DNA from: Eubacteriales bacterium
GTDB lineage: Bacteria > Bacillota > Clostridia > Oscillospirales > CAG-272
Assembly: GCA_045588245.1 (NCBI GenBank)
Contig: JAZNDW010000036.1
Span: forward strand, 8,068 to 72,067
Direction of reading: 5' to 3'
Length of the DNA stretch: 64,000 bases
Shown here: in pieces, positions 17,851 to 27,255 of the stretch
Layout: each line of letters begins with the position of its first letter
How positions within the stretch are numbered: position 1 is the stretch's first letter
Notes under the pieces: model-generated
The model's database searches: none
Told to the model about the DNA's origin: nothing
What the model saw: only the letters and a program-made list of their open reading frames with translations
Program-made: the position numbers and the translations under genes

Positions 17851-19308
17851 TTATGATGTAAAATGTTTTTCCATAACGCGGCACATCGCTCGGAGCGCGC
17901 GCTCGCAGTCCTCCGACGGAGGCTCAACTTCAATATAATCTATAGATTCAACGGCAGCTCTCACTTCGGTCATTCCCGAATCCGTCGAGCGCGAGCGTAT
18001 TCTGCGCTCGGTTTCACGAGGTGTTTCGGATTTGCGTATCCCGTATCCGAGTGAATGATATACCGAAAGCATCGTCATATACGCATACCGTATCTGCTCT
18101 GTCGCCGTGTCAAGGCTGTTCAGATACGCCAAAAACTCGCGGTACGATCTGCGCTGTGCGATCTTTGGATCGTACGATCGGATCGTTGCATCCTGCAGAC
18201 TGATCTGTTCGTCCTGATAATTCGTATATTCAAAGTATTTTTCCTTGCTCATACCGCCAAATTCCTTCAGCGACATAAAGAACAAAAACAATTCGCGGAG
18301 CCACAGCTTGATCAGCTCGATCATTCTTTTGGTTGCAGCATGACCGCGGAATATGAAGAATATTATCGCGCCGACAAAAAGAAGTATGCACAAGACAACC
18401 ATTAATTTGTCGCCAACGGGCTGATTCTTCAACAGCACTTCCGAAAAGCCCGCTTCAGCTTCACCGACATCAAAATATTTATCGTCAGTGCCCGATCCTC
18501 CCCACGAATACAAATGTGCAAGATAAGCCAGCGCAAATCTGAGGAAGAATCCAACACCGGTGAGGATAACGGCACAGACGAACAGAATCACCACAACGGC
18601 GATCATCGCCACTATCGTGAGCTTGAAATTATACAGCCGTCCCTCGCCCGATATGGCGGTGACGGTGCCCATCACGCCTTTTTGAATATACGTTTGATTC
18701 AGAACGATAAACTCACAGGCAAAGAATACGACAAAGGAAATCGAGAGCATCGTCGTCGGCACGGACAGCATCACGGAAAGCGCGAAGATCACGCCCATTA
18801 CGGCGAAATACGGAAGTACCATCCGATGCGAAATGATTCTGTGCGCGGGATAAAACCAAAGCACAATACCCGCGAACATATATAGGAAAACGAACGCAGC
18901 TCCTATGAGCGGATATACCGATTGGCTGTTATACGTCATTATCACATCGGCTCTATATAAAGCAAAAAGGATGGCGTTTATGATCCCGAACGATGAGATG
19001 GCGAGGACAGCCGCCACCGTCAGCGGCAGCGCGGCACGCAACGGCTGAAACGGTTTGTCGGCACCCTCATATCCGTCCTCGTCATAGTACGCACGTCTTG
19101 CGTCGTGTCGAGGTGAGGTGATCGTGCCGTAAAGCGCCTGCATACCGTATCCCGCGCCGACAAAAACGGCGCTGAGAAGAAGCAGAATGGGCGACAGTCC
19201 CTTTGGAATCAGGTGATAAAACAGCAAATAAACGATCGGGTTGATGATACATATCGTTGCCGCAACTGTCAGAAGCTTGTATATCTTATTGAACGGTTTA
19301 GCCTGCAT
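17851..19308 (-). CDS. Polytopic membrane protein with a C-terminal DUF4129-like domain
   Basis: 485 aa with about 9 hydrophobic segments. The soluble C-terminal tail is SYREFLAYLNS, YHSLGYGIRKSETPRETERRI. Its position after MoxR and DUF58 is typical for this family. Confidence 0.6.
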   Translation of the reverse strand: MQAKPFNKIYKLLTVAATICIINPIVYLLFYHLIPKGLSPILLLLSAVFVGAGYGMQALYGTITSPRHDARRAYYDEDGYEGADKPFQPLRAALPLTVAAVLAISSFGIINAILFALYRADVIMTYNSQSVYPLIGAAFVFLYMFAGIVLWFYPAHRIISHRMVLPYFAVMGVIFALSVMLSVPTTMLSISFVVFFACEFIVLNQTYIQKGVMGTVTAISGEGRLYNFKLTIVAMIAVVVILFVCAVILTGVGFFLRFALAYLAHLYSWGGSGTDDKYFDVGEAEAGFSEVLLKNQPVGDKLMVVLCILLFVGAIIFFIFRGHAATKRMIELIKLWLRELFLFFMSLKEFGGMSKEKYFEYTNYQDEQISLQDATIRSYDPKIAQRRSYREFLAYLNSLDTATEQIRYAYMTMLSVYHSLGYGIRKSETPRETERRIRSRSTDSGMTEVRAAVESIDYIEVEPPSEDCERALRAMCRVMEKHFTS

Positions 19309-19341
19309 TCACGCTTCTCCTTTCTATACGGTATTGTAATT

Positions 19342-20550
19342 TTATGATTCAAAATACGTTTTATAATATACCTCAACGTTCGGCGGAATTATCTCTGCGT
19401 TGCGGTTCGTTGTCGTAACGTAGAAGATAACGTGAACACCGTTTTTCGCCATTTCATCGTGGAATACTATCATTCGCTCGCTGATATACGAGGAAACGAC
19501 GATAAGATTTCCCGCTTCCGAAAATGCGGTCGGATGAAGCAGAACGTAATCGAGCATCTGCTCGATCGGACAGGACATTTCCGTTTTGATCGCGGCAAGG
19601 ACGCGAAGCGCCGTTATCATGTCGCGTTTGCCCTCGTACGCAGGCGTGAATAATATCTTTGCGCCGATTCCGTCAGCATCGGCACGAAAATCCTCGTGTA
19701 CCGCCTCGGGCGGTGTATTCGATATAAGTCGTACCGGAACATTTTCCCGGGAAATGCGGTCAAGGATCGATGCGCACACGGTGATGCACATTTCAACACT
19801 GTCGGGACTTGACGGATAGATCGGGTGCAGCTCAATATCGCGCGAATTCATATTCAGCATGATATTGAATCTGTGGCGCTGCGTGAACTCTTCGTTGTTG
19901 ACCATCAGCTTGCCGTGAACTGCGGTCTGCTTCCAGTTGATCTTATTCATGGGGTCAAACGTCGTGTATTCGCGTGCACCTGCGATGCGGAGCGGATCAG
20001 TCAGAAGGCTGTGATTCTTTATTACGTCGCCGCTGTGGTAAAACGAAGACGTAAAGTGCTCCTCAAGATCAACCGTTCGGGGCAAAACGACGACCGTATT
20101 TGATTTATTCGATTCGCAAACGTATCCTTTTGATGAGGGATTCATTCCAAACAGATCGTTTGCAACAAGAGTTGCTCCGCCGACGGTGTAAACACCGCGC
20201 GTGCGGCAGTTTACGCGCCAGCGGCGGCGTATCTTTTCCTTGCTTTTCAGGACGAACACGGAACCTACTCGCTCAGTAAGCGTATCTTTCGGTTTGCCTG
20301 TACGTTTATCGTATTCTGTTATACGGAAAGCGAGTCCCTTCGGCAAGGTCGTATCGACTTTTGCGTAAGGCAACGGGATATATTTATCGTTGGAAAGCTC
20401 CTCATAAACGAAGATATCCTCGCCCTCAAACGCTTCCTCCGTGCTTACGGTAACCTTATAGTCGATATCATCGAACGTATGCTTATCGTAAAGCTTATAT
20501 TGCCATACATAAACGATAAGTACGGCAACGATCAACGCTAAAAACAGCAT
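19342..20550 (-). CDS. DUF58 (vWA-like) protein, MoxR partner
   Basis: The track start at 20562 is TTG and lies inside the RBS. ATG 20550 follows GGAGA. It has an N-terminal TM segment and GAREYTTFDPMNKINWKQTA, the DUF58 signature R-x-Y-x(2)-D-x(5)-W-K. Confidence 0.8.
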   Translation of the reverse strand: MLFLALIVAVLIVYVWQYKLYDKHTFDDIDYKVTVSTEEAFEGEDIFVYEELSNDKYIPLPYAKVDTTLPKGLAFRITEYDKRTGKPKDTLTERVGSVFVLKSKEKIRRRWRVNCRTRGVYTVGGATLVANDLFGMNPSSKGYVCESNKSNTVVVLPRTVDLEEHFTSSFYHSGDVIKNHSLLTDPLRIAGAREYTTFDPMNKINWKQTAVHGKLMVNNEEFTQRHRFNIMLNMNSRDIELHPIYPSSPDSVEMCITVCASILDRISRENVPVRLISNTPPEAVHEDFRADADGIGAKILFTPAYEGKRDMITALRVLAAIKTEMSCPIEQMLDYVLLHPTAFSEAGNLIVVSSYISERMIVFHDEMAKNGVHVIFYVTTTNRNAEIIPPNVEVYYKTYFES

Positions 20551-20608
20551 ATTTATCTCCAATCACCGCGCTTGGCGGTCAATTCGTGTTACGGTGCAAA
20601 AAGTACGG

Positions 20609-21556
20609 TTACTGAATGGGCACCTCAACTGTTTCGATGATATACTGAATAATATTTGAGTTGGAATCGGAAAGGCGGATCGTTCCCTGCGAGCGTGAGA
20701 TGATCCTGTGCGAAAGCACGGGAACAGCAATGGCTTTCACGTCGTCAGGCAGAACGTAGTCTCTGCCCTCCATCGCCGCCCAAGCCTGCGAAGCGCGCAT
20801 AAGTGCGAGCGTTCCGCGAGGGCTGACGCCGAGACGGACTCTGTCGGAGGAACGTGTTTCCGAAACAATATTCACGATATATTTTTTTGTAAGCTCGCTG
20901 ACCTTGATCTGTCTTACAGCCGCCTGCGCTGCGGCGACGTCGCTCTTTGAGCACACCGCCGTGAGAGAATCGAGCGGTGATACGTCGCCGTGTCCGTTAA
21001 GAACGTCAAGCTCCGCCTTCGCTGACGGATATCCGAGCGACAGCTTCATCAAAAATCTGTCCGTCTGCGCTTCGGGCAGCGGGAACGTTCCCTGCGATTC
21101 GATTGGATTCTGCGTCGCTATAACGAAGAACGGTGCGTCAAGCTTATACGTTTCGCCGTCGATCGTCGTCTGACGCTCGCCCATACATTCAAGAAGTGCG
21201 GACTGTGTACGCGGTGTTGTACGGTTAATTTCGTCAGCGATGACGATATTCGTGAAGATAGGGCCTGCGCGGAAAACGAATTCGTTGTCGCGCTGGCTGT
21301 AAAAATTGATTCCCGTGATATCCGACGGCAAAAGGTCGGGGGTGAACTGAACGCGCTTGCAATCCGCCGAAATGGACTTCGCCAATGCTTTTGCCAAAGT
21401 CGTTTTTCCGGTTCCCGGAATATCGTCAAGCAGGACGTGCCCTTCCGAAAGAAGTGCTGTTACGATGTATCTGATCTCGGTTTCTTTGCCGTATATGACT
21501 CTCGAAACATTCTCCGTGATTCCGCCGGCGATTTTTGCGATACCTGTATGATCCAT
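20609..21556 (-). CDS. MoxR-family AAA+ ATPase
   Basis: 315 aa. It has GHVLLDDIPGTGKTTLAKALA (Walker A), VIADEINR (Walker B) and VIATQNP. Confidence 0.92.
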   Translation of the reverse strand: MDHTGIAKIAGGITENVSRVIYGKETEIRYIVTALLSEGHVLLDDIPGTGKTTLAKALAKSISADCKRVQFTPDLLPSDITGINFYSQRDNEFVFRAGPIFTNIVIADEINRTTPRTQSALLECMGERQTTIDGETYKLDAPFFVIATQNPIESQGTFPLPEAQTDRFLMKLSLGYPSAKAELDVLNGHGDVSPLDSLTAVCSKSDVAAAQAAVRQIKVSELTKKYIVNIVSETRSSDRVRLGVSPRGTLALMRASQAWAAMEGRDYVLPDDVKAIAVPVLSHRIISRSQGTIRLSDSNSNIIQYIIETVEVPIQ

Positions 21557-21595
21557 TTTTAGTTCCCCACAATTTGATATAATTATCTAAATTAC

Positions 21596-21624
21596 ATTAT
21601 AGCACAGTTTTTTTGCGTATGCAA
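21596..21624 (-). promoter_or_regulatory. Sigma-A promoter (extended -10) of the moxR operon
   Basis: The minus strand reads TTGCAT, 17-nt spacer, TATAAT with TGc immediately upstream. Confidence 0.55.
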
Positions 21625-21826
21625 CAACGTAGCCGTCAAAATGAAAAAATGGAAATGCACAAAAGCATACGCCTCGGTGAATTTCCCATATATATTATAC
21701 CACGATTTTATCCAAAAAACAAGACTTGTAATGCGGTGTGTGTCGAAGTATAATCTATTTTGCGAAAGCACTTGTTATATATTAATAAAATATGAATTTT
21801 TCTTATATAATTCTTATTTAATTAAC

Positions 21827-21855
21827 TTGACTGTTACAGTATGGACAAGTATAAT
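21827..21855 (+). promoter_or_regulatory. Sigma-A promoter of the ABC/DUF1854/ABC operon
   Basis: TTGACT, 17-nt spacer, TATAAT. It lies about 70 nt before the start codon. Confidence 0.6.
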
Positions 21856-21926
21856 TGTATTCGGGTTAATAAGGATTTAATTAACATGCCTTAATATGAA
21901 CATTATTCAAGGAGGTGAAATCACCT

Positions 21927-24326
21927 GTGACTGAACTGTTTGATATTCCGCAGTCGGTGAAATCGGTTATTGAAACGAAGGGTATTCCCTATGACAGCAT
22001 CACTATCGCTGCAAAAACCGACCTTAACCGCGATTGTGTCCCCACCGACAACTATATTTTCATCACAGAAACCGACCTCATTCTTCTGAGCGGCTCTATG
22101 ACAGGACTCTCGCCGAAGACGTCGCGCATCAAGCGCCCCTCTCCCGAGCGCAATTTTGAAGAGCTGACCTACGACTTTTATCCGCTTTCGATGTACGAAA
22201 GCTTCGCTGTCGAAGAAATGCTCTCTTCCGCACGAATCGTAGCGAAAGTAAAGCCCACAGAAGATTCGATCGGATATTCTGTTTTGATCGCTAACCTTTC
22301 AAATACCTTCAAGTCCGAAGCATACAAGTTCACGCGACTGCTGAACGTGCAGCTCCACGGCGAAGAAGAATCCGCCGAAAACGAGAGCGAACACGGTCAT
22401 GATCACGGACATGGCGGATTTGGCGGACCTCACGGTTTCGGCGGACCTCGCGGACACGGCGGTCCCCGCACATACGACGGCGACGACAAAAAGGAAGAGC
22501 TTTTCTGCCCGAAATGCGGCAAACGTTATGCCGATCCCGACAGAAAGATCTGTCCGCGATGCATGGACAAAGTCCACATTCTGAAGCGCTTTTCAGGCTT
22601 CTTCTTCCGCTATAAAGGTCAGCTCGCGCTGATCCTCATGACGCTCGTTTTAACGAGCGGACTCGGTGTTCTTTCGCCGTACATATCGAGCGGATTTTAC
22701 TATGACGAGGTGCTCTCCGAGGACGGTAAATTCGCAGGACAGCTTCTGCTCGTTATCGGAATCATACTCGCAACGCGCATTCTCTCGATGCTCGTTACGA
22801 TGCTGAATAACTACATCACCTCAGTTATCGCAGCCCGTGTTACATACGACCTCAAAAAAGAGATCTTCAAGTCCATCGAACGTCTTTCGATCAGCTATTT
22901 CACTAACCGTCAGACGGGCGGACTTATGACGCAGGTAAACCGTGACGCAAACAACATTTACCGTTTCTTCTGCGATACCGTTCCCTATTTCCTTGTAAAC
23001 GTATGTCAGATCCTCGGTATACTCATCATCATGATAATAATGAACTGGAAGCTGACGCTTCTTGCGATGTGTACCGTTCCGATCGTTGCGTTCCTCATCA
23101 AAAAGCTTTTCGACAAGATGGAAAAGTTCCACGCAAAGCGATTCTCTGCTTCCCGTTCGCTTAACTCGCTTTTGAGCGACGTTTTGACGGGAATCCGCGT
23201 CGTTAAAGCCTTCTCCAAGGAAGAAGCAGAAACGGAGCGCTTCACGAAGCGTAACCGTGCCGTTGCCGAAGCAGACAAAAAAGCTTCCGTTTATAACTCG
23301 ACAGCATTCCCCCTCGTTAACTTCCTGCTCTACATCGGCAACATCGTTATTATCGGTGCCGGCGGCTGGATGGTCATCAAGGGTTCGATCACATACGGTA
23401 TGCTCCTGACTTTCACATCGTATATGAACATGGTATACAGCCCCCTCATGTTCTTTATCGACGTCGTTTACATGATGACGGACAGCTTGAACTCCATGAA
23501 CCGTTTGTCTGAGATCATGGACGCTATCCCAGAGGTGACCGAAAGTGAAAACCCCACCTCTCTTGGCGAAGTGAAAGGTCACGTAGAGTTCAAGAATGTT
23601 GAGTTTTCATACGAAAAGAACCGCAAGATCATCGACGGCATAAGCTTTGACATCGAGCCCGGCAAGATCATTGGTATCGTCGGACACACGGGTGCAGGTA
23701 AATCTACTCTCGCAAATCTGCTTATCCGACTTTACGACACCGTTTCGGGTGAGATCCTGATCGACGGCGTCAACGTACGCGACATTCCCTTTGCGGAACT
23801 GCGCCGTAACATCGCGATCGTTTCCCAGGAAACGTATCTGTTCATGGGCACGATCAAGGATAACATCAAGTACGCACGTCCCGACGCAACGGACGAGGAA
23901 GTCATTACCGCCTCCAAGATCGCGGGCGCTCACGATTTCATCGTGAAGCTTCCTGACGGCTACAATACACAGATCGGCTTCGGCTACAAGGATCTTTCGG
24001 GCGGCGAACGCCAGCGCGTTTCGATCGCAAGAGCGATCCTTCTCAACCCGCGTATTCTCATTATGGACGAAGCAACGGCAGCCATGGACACGCAAACGGA
24101 GCGTCAGATACAGACGGCACTTGAGCAGCTCATCAAGGGACGTACGACGATCATGATCGCTCACCGTCTTTCCACGCTGCGCGATGCTGACCATCTGATC
24201 GTTATCGAAAACGGCAAGATGCCCGAGTTCGGAACTCATCTTGAGCTTATCCGCAAAAAAGGCATTTACTATGGCTTATATATGATGCAGATGGAAGCTC
24301 TCCGCAACATCAGCATTGAAGGTTAA
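21927..24326 (+). CDS. ABC exporter half-transporter (TMD-NBD) with a ~230-aa N-terminal cytoplasmic extension ending in a Cys4 zinc ribbon
   Basis: The track start GTG 21915 overlaps the GGAGG, so GTG 21927 is more plausible. It has CPKCGKRYADPDRKICPRC, six TM segments, GHTGAGKST, LSGGERQR, IMDEATAAMD and IAHRLST. Confidence 0.88.
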   Translation: MTELFDIPQSVKSVIETKGIPYDSITIAAKTDLNRDCVPTDNYIFITETDLILLSGSMTGLSPKTSRIKRPSPERNFEELTYDFYPLSMYESFAVEEMLSSARIVAKVKPTEDSIGYSVLIANLSNTFKSEAYKFTRLLNVQLHGEEESAENESEHGHDHGHGGFGGPHGFGGPRGHGGPRTYDGDDKKEELFCPKCGKRYADPDRKICPRCMDKVHILKRFSGFFFRYKGQLALILMTLVLTSGLGVLSPYISSGFYYDEVLSEDGKFAGQLLLVIGIILATRILSMLVTMLNNYITSVIAARVTYDLKKEIFKSIERLSISYFTNRQTGGLMTQVNRDANNIYRFFCDTVPYFLVNVCQILGILIIMIIMNWKLTLLAMCTVPIVAFLIKKLFDKMEKFHAKRFSASRSLNSLLSDVLTGIRVVKAFSKEEAETERFTKRNRAVAEADKKASVYNSTAFPLVNFLLYIGNIVIIGAGGWMVIKGSITYGMLLTFTSYMNMVYSPLMFFIDVVYMMTDSLNSMNRLSEIMDAIPEVTESENPTSLGEVKGHVEFKNVEFSYEKNRKIIDGISFDIEPGKIIGIVGHTGAGKSTLANLLIRLYDTVSGEILIDGVNVRDIPFAELRRNIAIVSQETYLFMGTIKDNIKYARPDATDEEVITASKIAGAHDFIVKLPDGYNTQIGFGYKDLSGGERQRVSIARAILLNPRILIMDEATAAMDTQTERQIQTALEQLIKGRTTIMIAHRLSTLRDADHLIVIENGKMPEFGTHLELIRKKGIYYGLYMMQMEALRNISIEG

Positions 24327-24373
24327 CCGTCAGTAAACATCGAAACTCTAAAGAAAGGTTGGATTAATTATTT

Positions 24374-24934
24374 ATGAATGAACTTAAAACAACGGCTCTT
24401 TCCGATGTCGTATCTATAACGTATATCACAAAAGAGAATTCCGTTTTCGCTCACGAGGGTGATTTCCTCTCGCTCAAGATCAACCTGCCCGAAGGTGTCG
24501 GTATCGACGGAGAGCCCACAGGCGGCGAAAAATACTACGACCGCATTTATCTGCACCGTTCCTTCCCCTACGAGCATCATTACCGCTACATCTCCGTACT
24601 CGACCGCGACAACGTCGAGATTGGCCTGATCTCCAACATCGAAGATTTCGACAGCGAAGTGGCAGAAATGCTCCGTGCGGAGCTTGACCGCAAATATTAT
24701 TCCCCTGTTATCACAAAGATCCTCTCCGTCAAGGAGCGTTACGGATACTCTTACTGGGAGGTCATGTCGGGTGACCGTCATCTTTCCTTTACGATCCGTG
24801 ACACGTTCCGTTCGATCCTTAAGGTAACTCCCGAGCACATTTTCATCACAGATAATGACTCGAACAGATACGAGATACCGAACGTTGAAGCACTTGACCG
24901 CAAGAGCTACAAAAAAATAGAGCTTTACCTCTGA
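24374..24934 (+). CDS. DUF1854-family soluble protein
   Basis: 186 aa. FPYEHHYRYISVLDRDNVEIGLI, LRAELDRKYYSPVITKILSVKERYGYSYWEV and RYEIPNVEALDRKS match my recollection of the ABC-associated DUF1854 family. Confidence 0.7.
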   Translation: MNELKTTALSDVVSITYITKENSVFAHEGDFLSLKINLPEGVGIDGEPTGGEKYYDRIYLHRSFPYEHHYRYISVLDRDNVEIGLISNIEDFDSEVAEMLRAELDRKYYSPVITKILSVKERYGYSYWEVMSGDRHLSFTIRDTFRSILKVTPEHIFITDNDSNRYEIPNVEALDRKSYKKIELYL

Positions 24935-24968
24935 TTTTACAGCTCCGTCAATGAAAGGAGACTCTAAT

Positions 24969-27197
24969 ATGAGTGACAGAATCAAGCTGGCTGAACGCTT
25001 ATCAAAGCTCAACGGCAATGTCGCTACCGATGATGTGATCGTTGCTTTCGGTTTCGACCTCCGCCCCGACGATTCATACGAATCGACCGACGGATTCGTT
25101 GCTGTGACCGACGATAGGATCTACATCTACGAAAACGACACGCTTCAAAGTGAGCTTGACGCTACAAAAGTCAGCGAATACATATTTACAATGGGCGTCG
25201 GCTGTGTATTTGCCGAGTGCGTTTACGACGGCACACATACGCTTCTCTGCCGCGGCACAATGGCAAACAAGGATGCCTATTCCTCAATCATCTGGCAGCT
25301 CAACCGACGTATCGAGCACGGAACCTACAACTACAGATACGAAGAAGATATTGACGTCATTTGCCCCCAATGTAACAGAAAATATCCGCCGGGCTCCCAT
25401 ATTTGTCCGCACTGTACGGCAAAAGCAGGGTACCTAAAGCGCATTTGGGAGATAGCAAAGCCATATCGTCTTTTCATTTTCATCTCGATAGTCCTTTATT
25501 TCGTTACAGCGGCAATCCAGCTCTTGCCGCCTGAGCTCAACCGTATCCTCGTTGACAGCTACATTGAGAAGGAAGGTGCCGCGGAGCTTTCCGAAACGAC
25601 AGCTTTTGTCATCGGTTTTCTCTCCGTCATCGGTGCTATACTCGGCGTAAGTATTCTTCAGCGTTTACTCGGTGTCGTCCGCAGTCTTGTAACTATCAAC
25701 GCGAGCACAAAAATCACCGTTGAGCTTCGAGACCTGGTATTCGGCAAGATCCAGGAGCTTTCCGTTTCGAGGATTTCCAAGCGTACGGCAGGCGAGCTGA
25801 TGAACCGTGTCACAGACGATACGAACCAGCTTCAGGGCTTCATTACACACGAGCTTGGCGGTTTCGTTGAGCAGATATTGATCTTCCTCATCGCAGGAAC
25901 GATCCTTTTCGCCTACGACTGGCGGCTTGCCCTTCTGATCATTATTCCCGCTCCGCTCGTAATGTTTGCAAACCGTATGTTCCGCAAGCTTATGGGGCGT
26001 ATGTTCCGCCGTCAATGGCAGATGAACTCCCGTGCAAATACGATCCTACACGACATTTTCAGCGGTATCCGCGTCGTCAAAGCGTTCGGCATGGAACACC
26101 ACGAAATGAAGCGTTACGACAAAGCAACAAAAGATGTATGTGACGCGCAGATCTACAGCGAGACGTTCTTTGCAAAGTTCTCCCCTCTTATGAGCTTTTG
26201 CATGGGTATCGGTGAGTTTTTCCTGCTTTATTACGTTGGCTCTCGCATTCTTGCAGGCGAAATGACGCTTGGTGAAATGTCAAAGTTCACCGCATACGTC
26301 GGCATCATTTACGGCCCGCTCCGTTGGATCTCCAACTTCCCGCGCCGTCTTGAGCACGTTATGACGAGCATCGTCAAGATCTTCGACATCATTGACGAGG
26401 ACGTTGACGTTAAAGATGATGCCAATGCCAAGGACATCGATATTGTCGGTCACATTGAATTTTCTGACGTTGCATTCGGTTACGACACGGGCGCAAACGT
26501 GCTTCACGACGTTTCTCTCAAGGTTGAGCCGGGTGACTTCATAGGTATCGTCGGACGCTCGGGCGTCGGAAAATCGACGCTTATCAACCTCGTTATGCGT
26601 CTTTACGACGTGGATGACGGCTCTATCAAGATAGACGGCGTTGACATCCGCGACATTTCACAGCAGTCACTCCGTTCACAGATAGGTGTCGTGCTTCAGG
26701 AAACGTTCCTTTTCTCGGGCACCATCTACGATAACATCGCCTACGCAAAACCGACGGCAACACGCGACGAGGTACTCGCCGCAGCGAAGCTCGCCGGCGC
26801 GCACAACTTCATCATGCGTATGCCCGATGCTTACAACACGAAGGTCGGCGAAAAAGGACACACCCTCTCGGGCGGTGAGCGTCAGCGAATTGCGATCGCT
26901 CGTGCGCTTCTGCACGATCCTCGCATACTTATCCTTGACGAAGCAACAGCTTCGCTTGACACGGAAACGGAAAAGCAGATACAGGATGCGCTGCAGATCC
27001 TCTCTTCCAACAGAACGACGCTCGCAATCGCGCACCGTCTTTCCACGCTCCGCAACGCAACGAAGCTTATCGTTCTTGATAAAGGAACCGTTGCTGAGGT
27101 CGGCACGCATGACGAGCTCATGCGCCGCGGCGGCATTTACTACGGTCTTGTTATGGCACAGCGCCAGATGTCAAGAATGTCACCCAAGAACACTTGA
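24969..27197 (+). CDS. ABC exporter half-transporter (TMD-NBD) with a ~160-aa N-terminal cytoplasmic extension ending in a Cys4 zinc ribbon
   Basis: ATG 24969 follows AAAGGAG (the track start at 24951 lacks an RBS). It has CPQCNRKYPPGSHICPHC, GRSGVGKST, LSGGERQR, ILDEATASLD and IAHRLST. Confidence 0.88.
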   Translation: MSDRIKLAERLSKLNGNVATDDVIVAFGFDLRPDDSYESTDGFVAVTDDRIYIYENDTLQSELDATKVSEYIFTMGVGCVFAECVYDGTHTLLCRGTMANKDAYSSIIWQLNRRIEHGTYNYRYEEDIDVICPQCNRKYPPGSHICPHCTAKAGYLKRIWEIAKPYRLFIFISIVLYFVTAAIQLLPPELNRILVDSYIEKEGAAELSETTAFVIGFLSVIGAILGVSILQRLLGVVRSLVTINASTKITVELRDLVFGKIQELSVSRISKRTAGELMNRVTDDTNQLQGFITHELGGFVEQILIFLIAGTILFAYDWRLALLIIIPAPLVMFANRMFRKLMGRMFRRQWQMNSRANTILHDIFSGIRVVKAFGMEHHEMKRYDKATKDVCDAQIYSETFFAKFSPLMSFCMGIGEFFLLYYVGSRILAGEMTLGEMSKFTAYVGIIYGPLRWISNFPRRLEHVMTSIVKIFDIIDEDVDVKDDANAKDIDIVGHIEFSDVAFGYDTGANVLHDVSLKVEPGDFIGIVGRSGVGKSTLINLVMRLYDVDDGSIKIDGVDIRDISQQSLRSQIGVVLQETFLFSGTIYDNIAYAKPTATRDEVLAAAKLAGAHNFIMRMPDAYNTKVGEKGHTLSGGERQRIAIARALLHDPRILILDEATASLDTETEKQIQDALQILSSNRTTLAIAHRLSTLRNATKLIVLDKGTVAEVGTHDELMRRGGIYYGLVMAQRQMSRMSPKNT

Positions 27198-27204
27198 TTT
27201 TTAT

Positions 27205-27240
27205 AAAAAACAGCACGGCGGCTGCCGTGCTGTTTTTTTG
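27205..27240. terminator. Bidirectional terminator
   Basis: CAGCACGGC-GGCT-GCCGTGCTG hairpin with A6 before it and T7 after it. Confidence 0.85.
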
Positions 27241-27255
27241 TTATATTCAATAATG

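Noticed and set aside
21869-21875. ATAAGGA in the ABC/DUF1854 operon leader matches the core of the MarR operator half-site
   Set aside because: It is a single 7-mer in AT-rich DNA, and the rest of the 20-nt operator is not conserved. I kept it only as a weak note in the MarR finding.
21641-21880. 79-aa ORF in the AT-rich divergent promoter region between moxR and the ABC operon. It could have been a small exported peptide for the ABC system.
   Set aside because: It contains the TTGACT-17 nt-TATAAT promoter within its own body and has no RBS. Its Phe/Ile/Tyr/Lys-rich sequence is what AT-rich non-coding DNA translates to.
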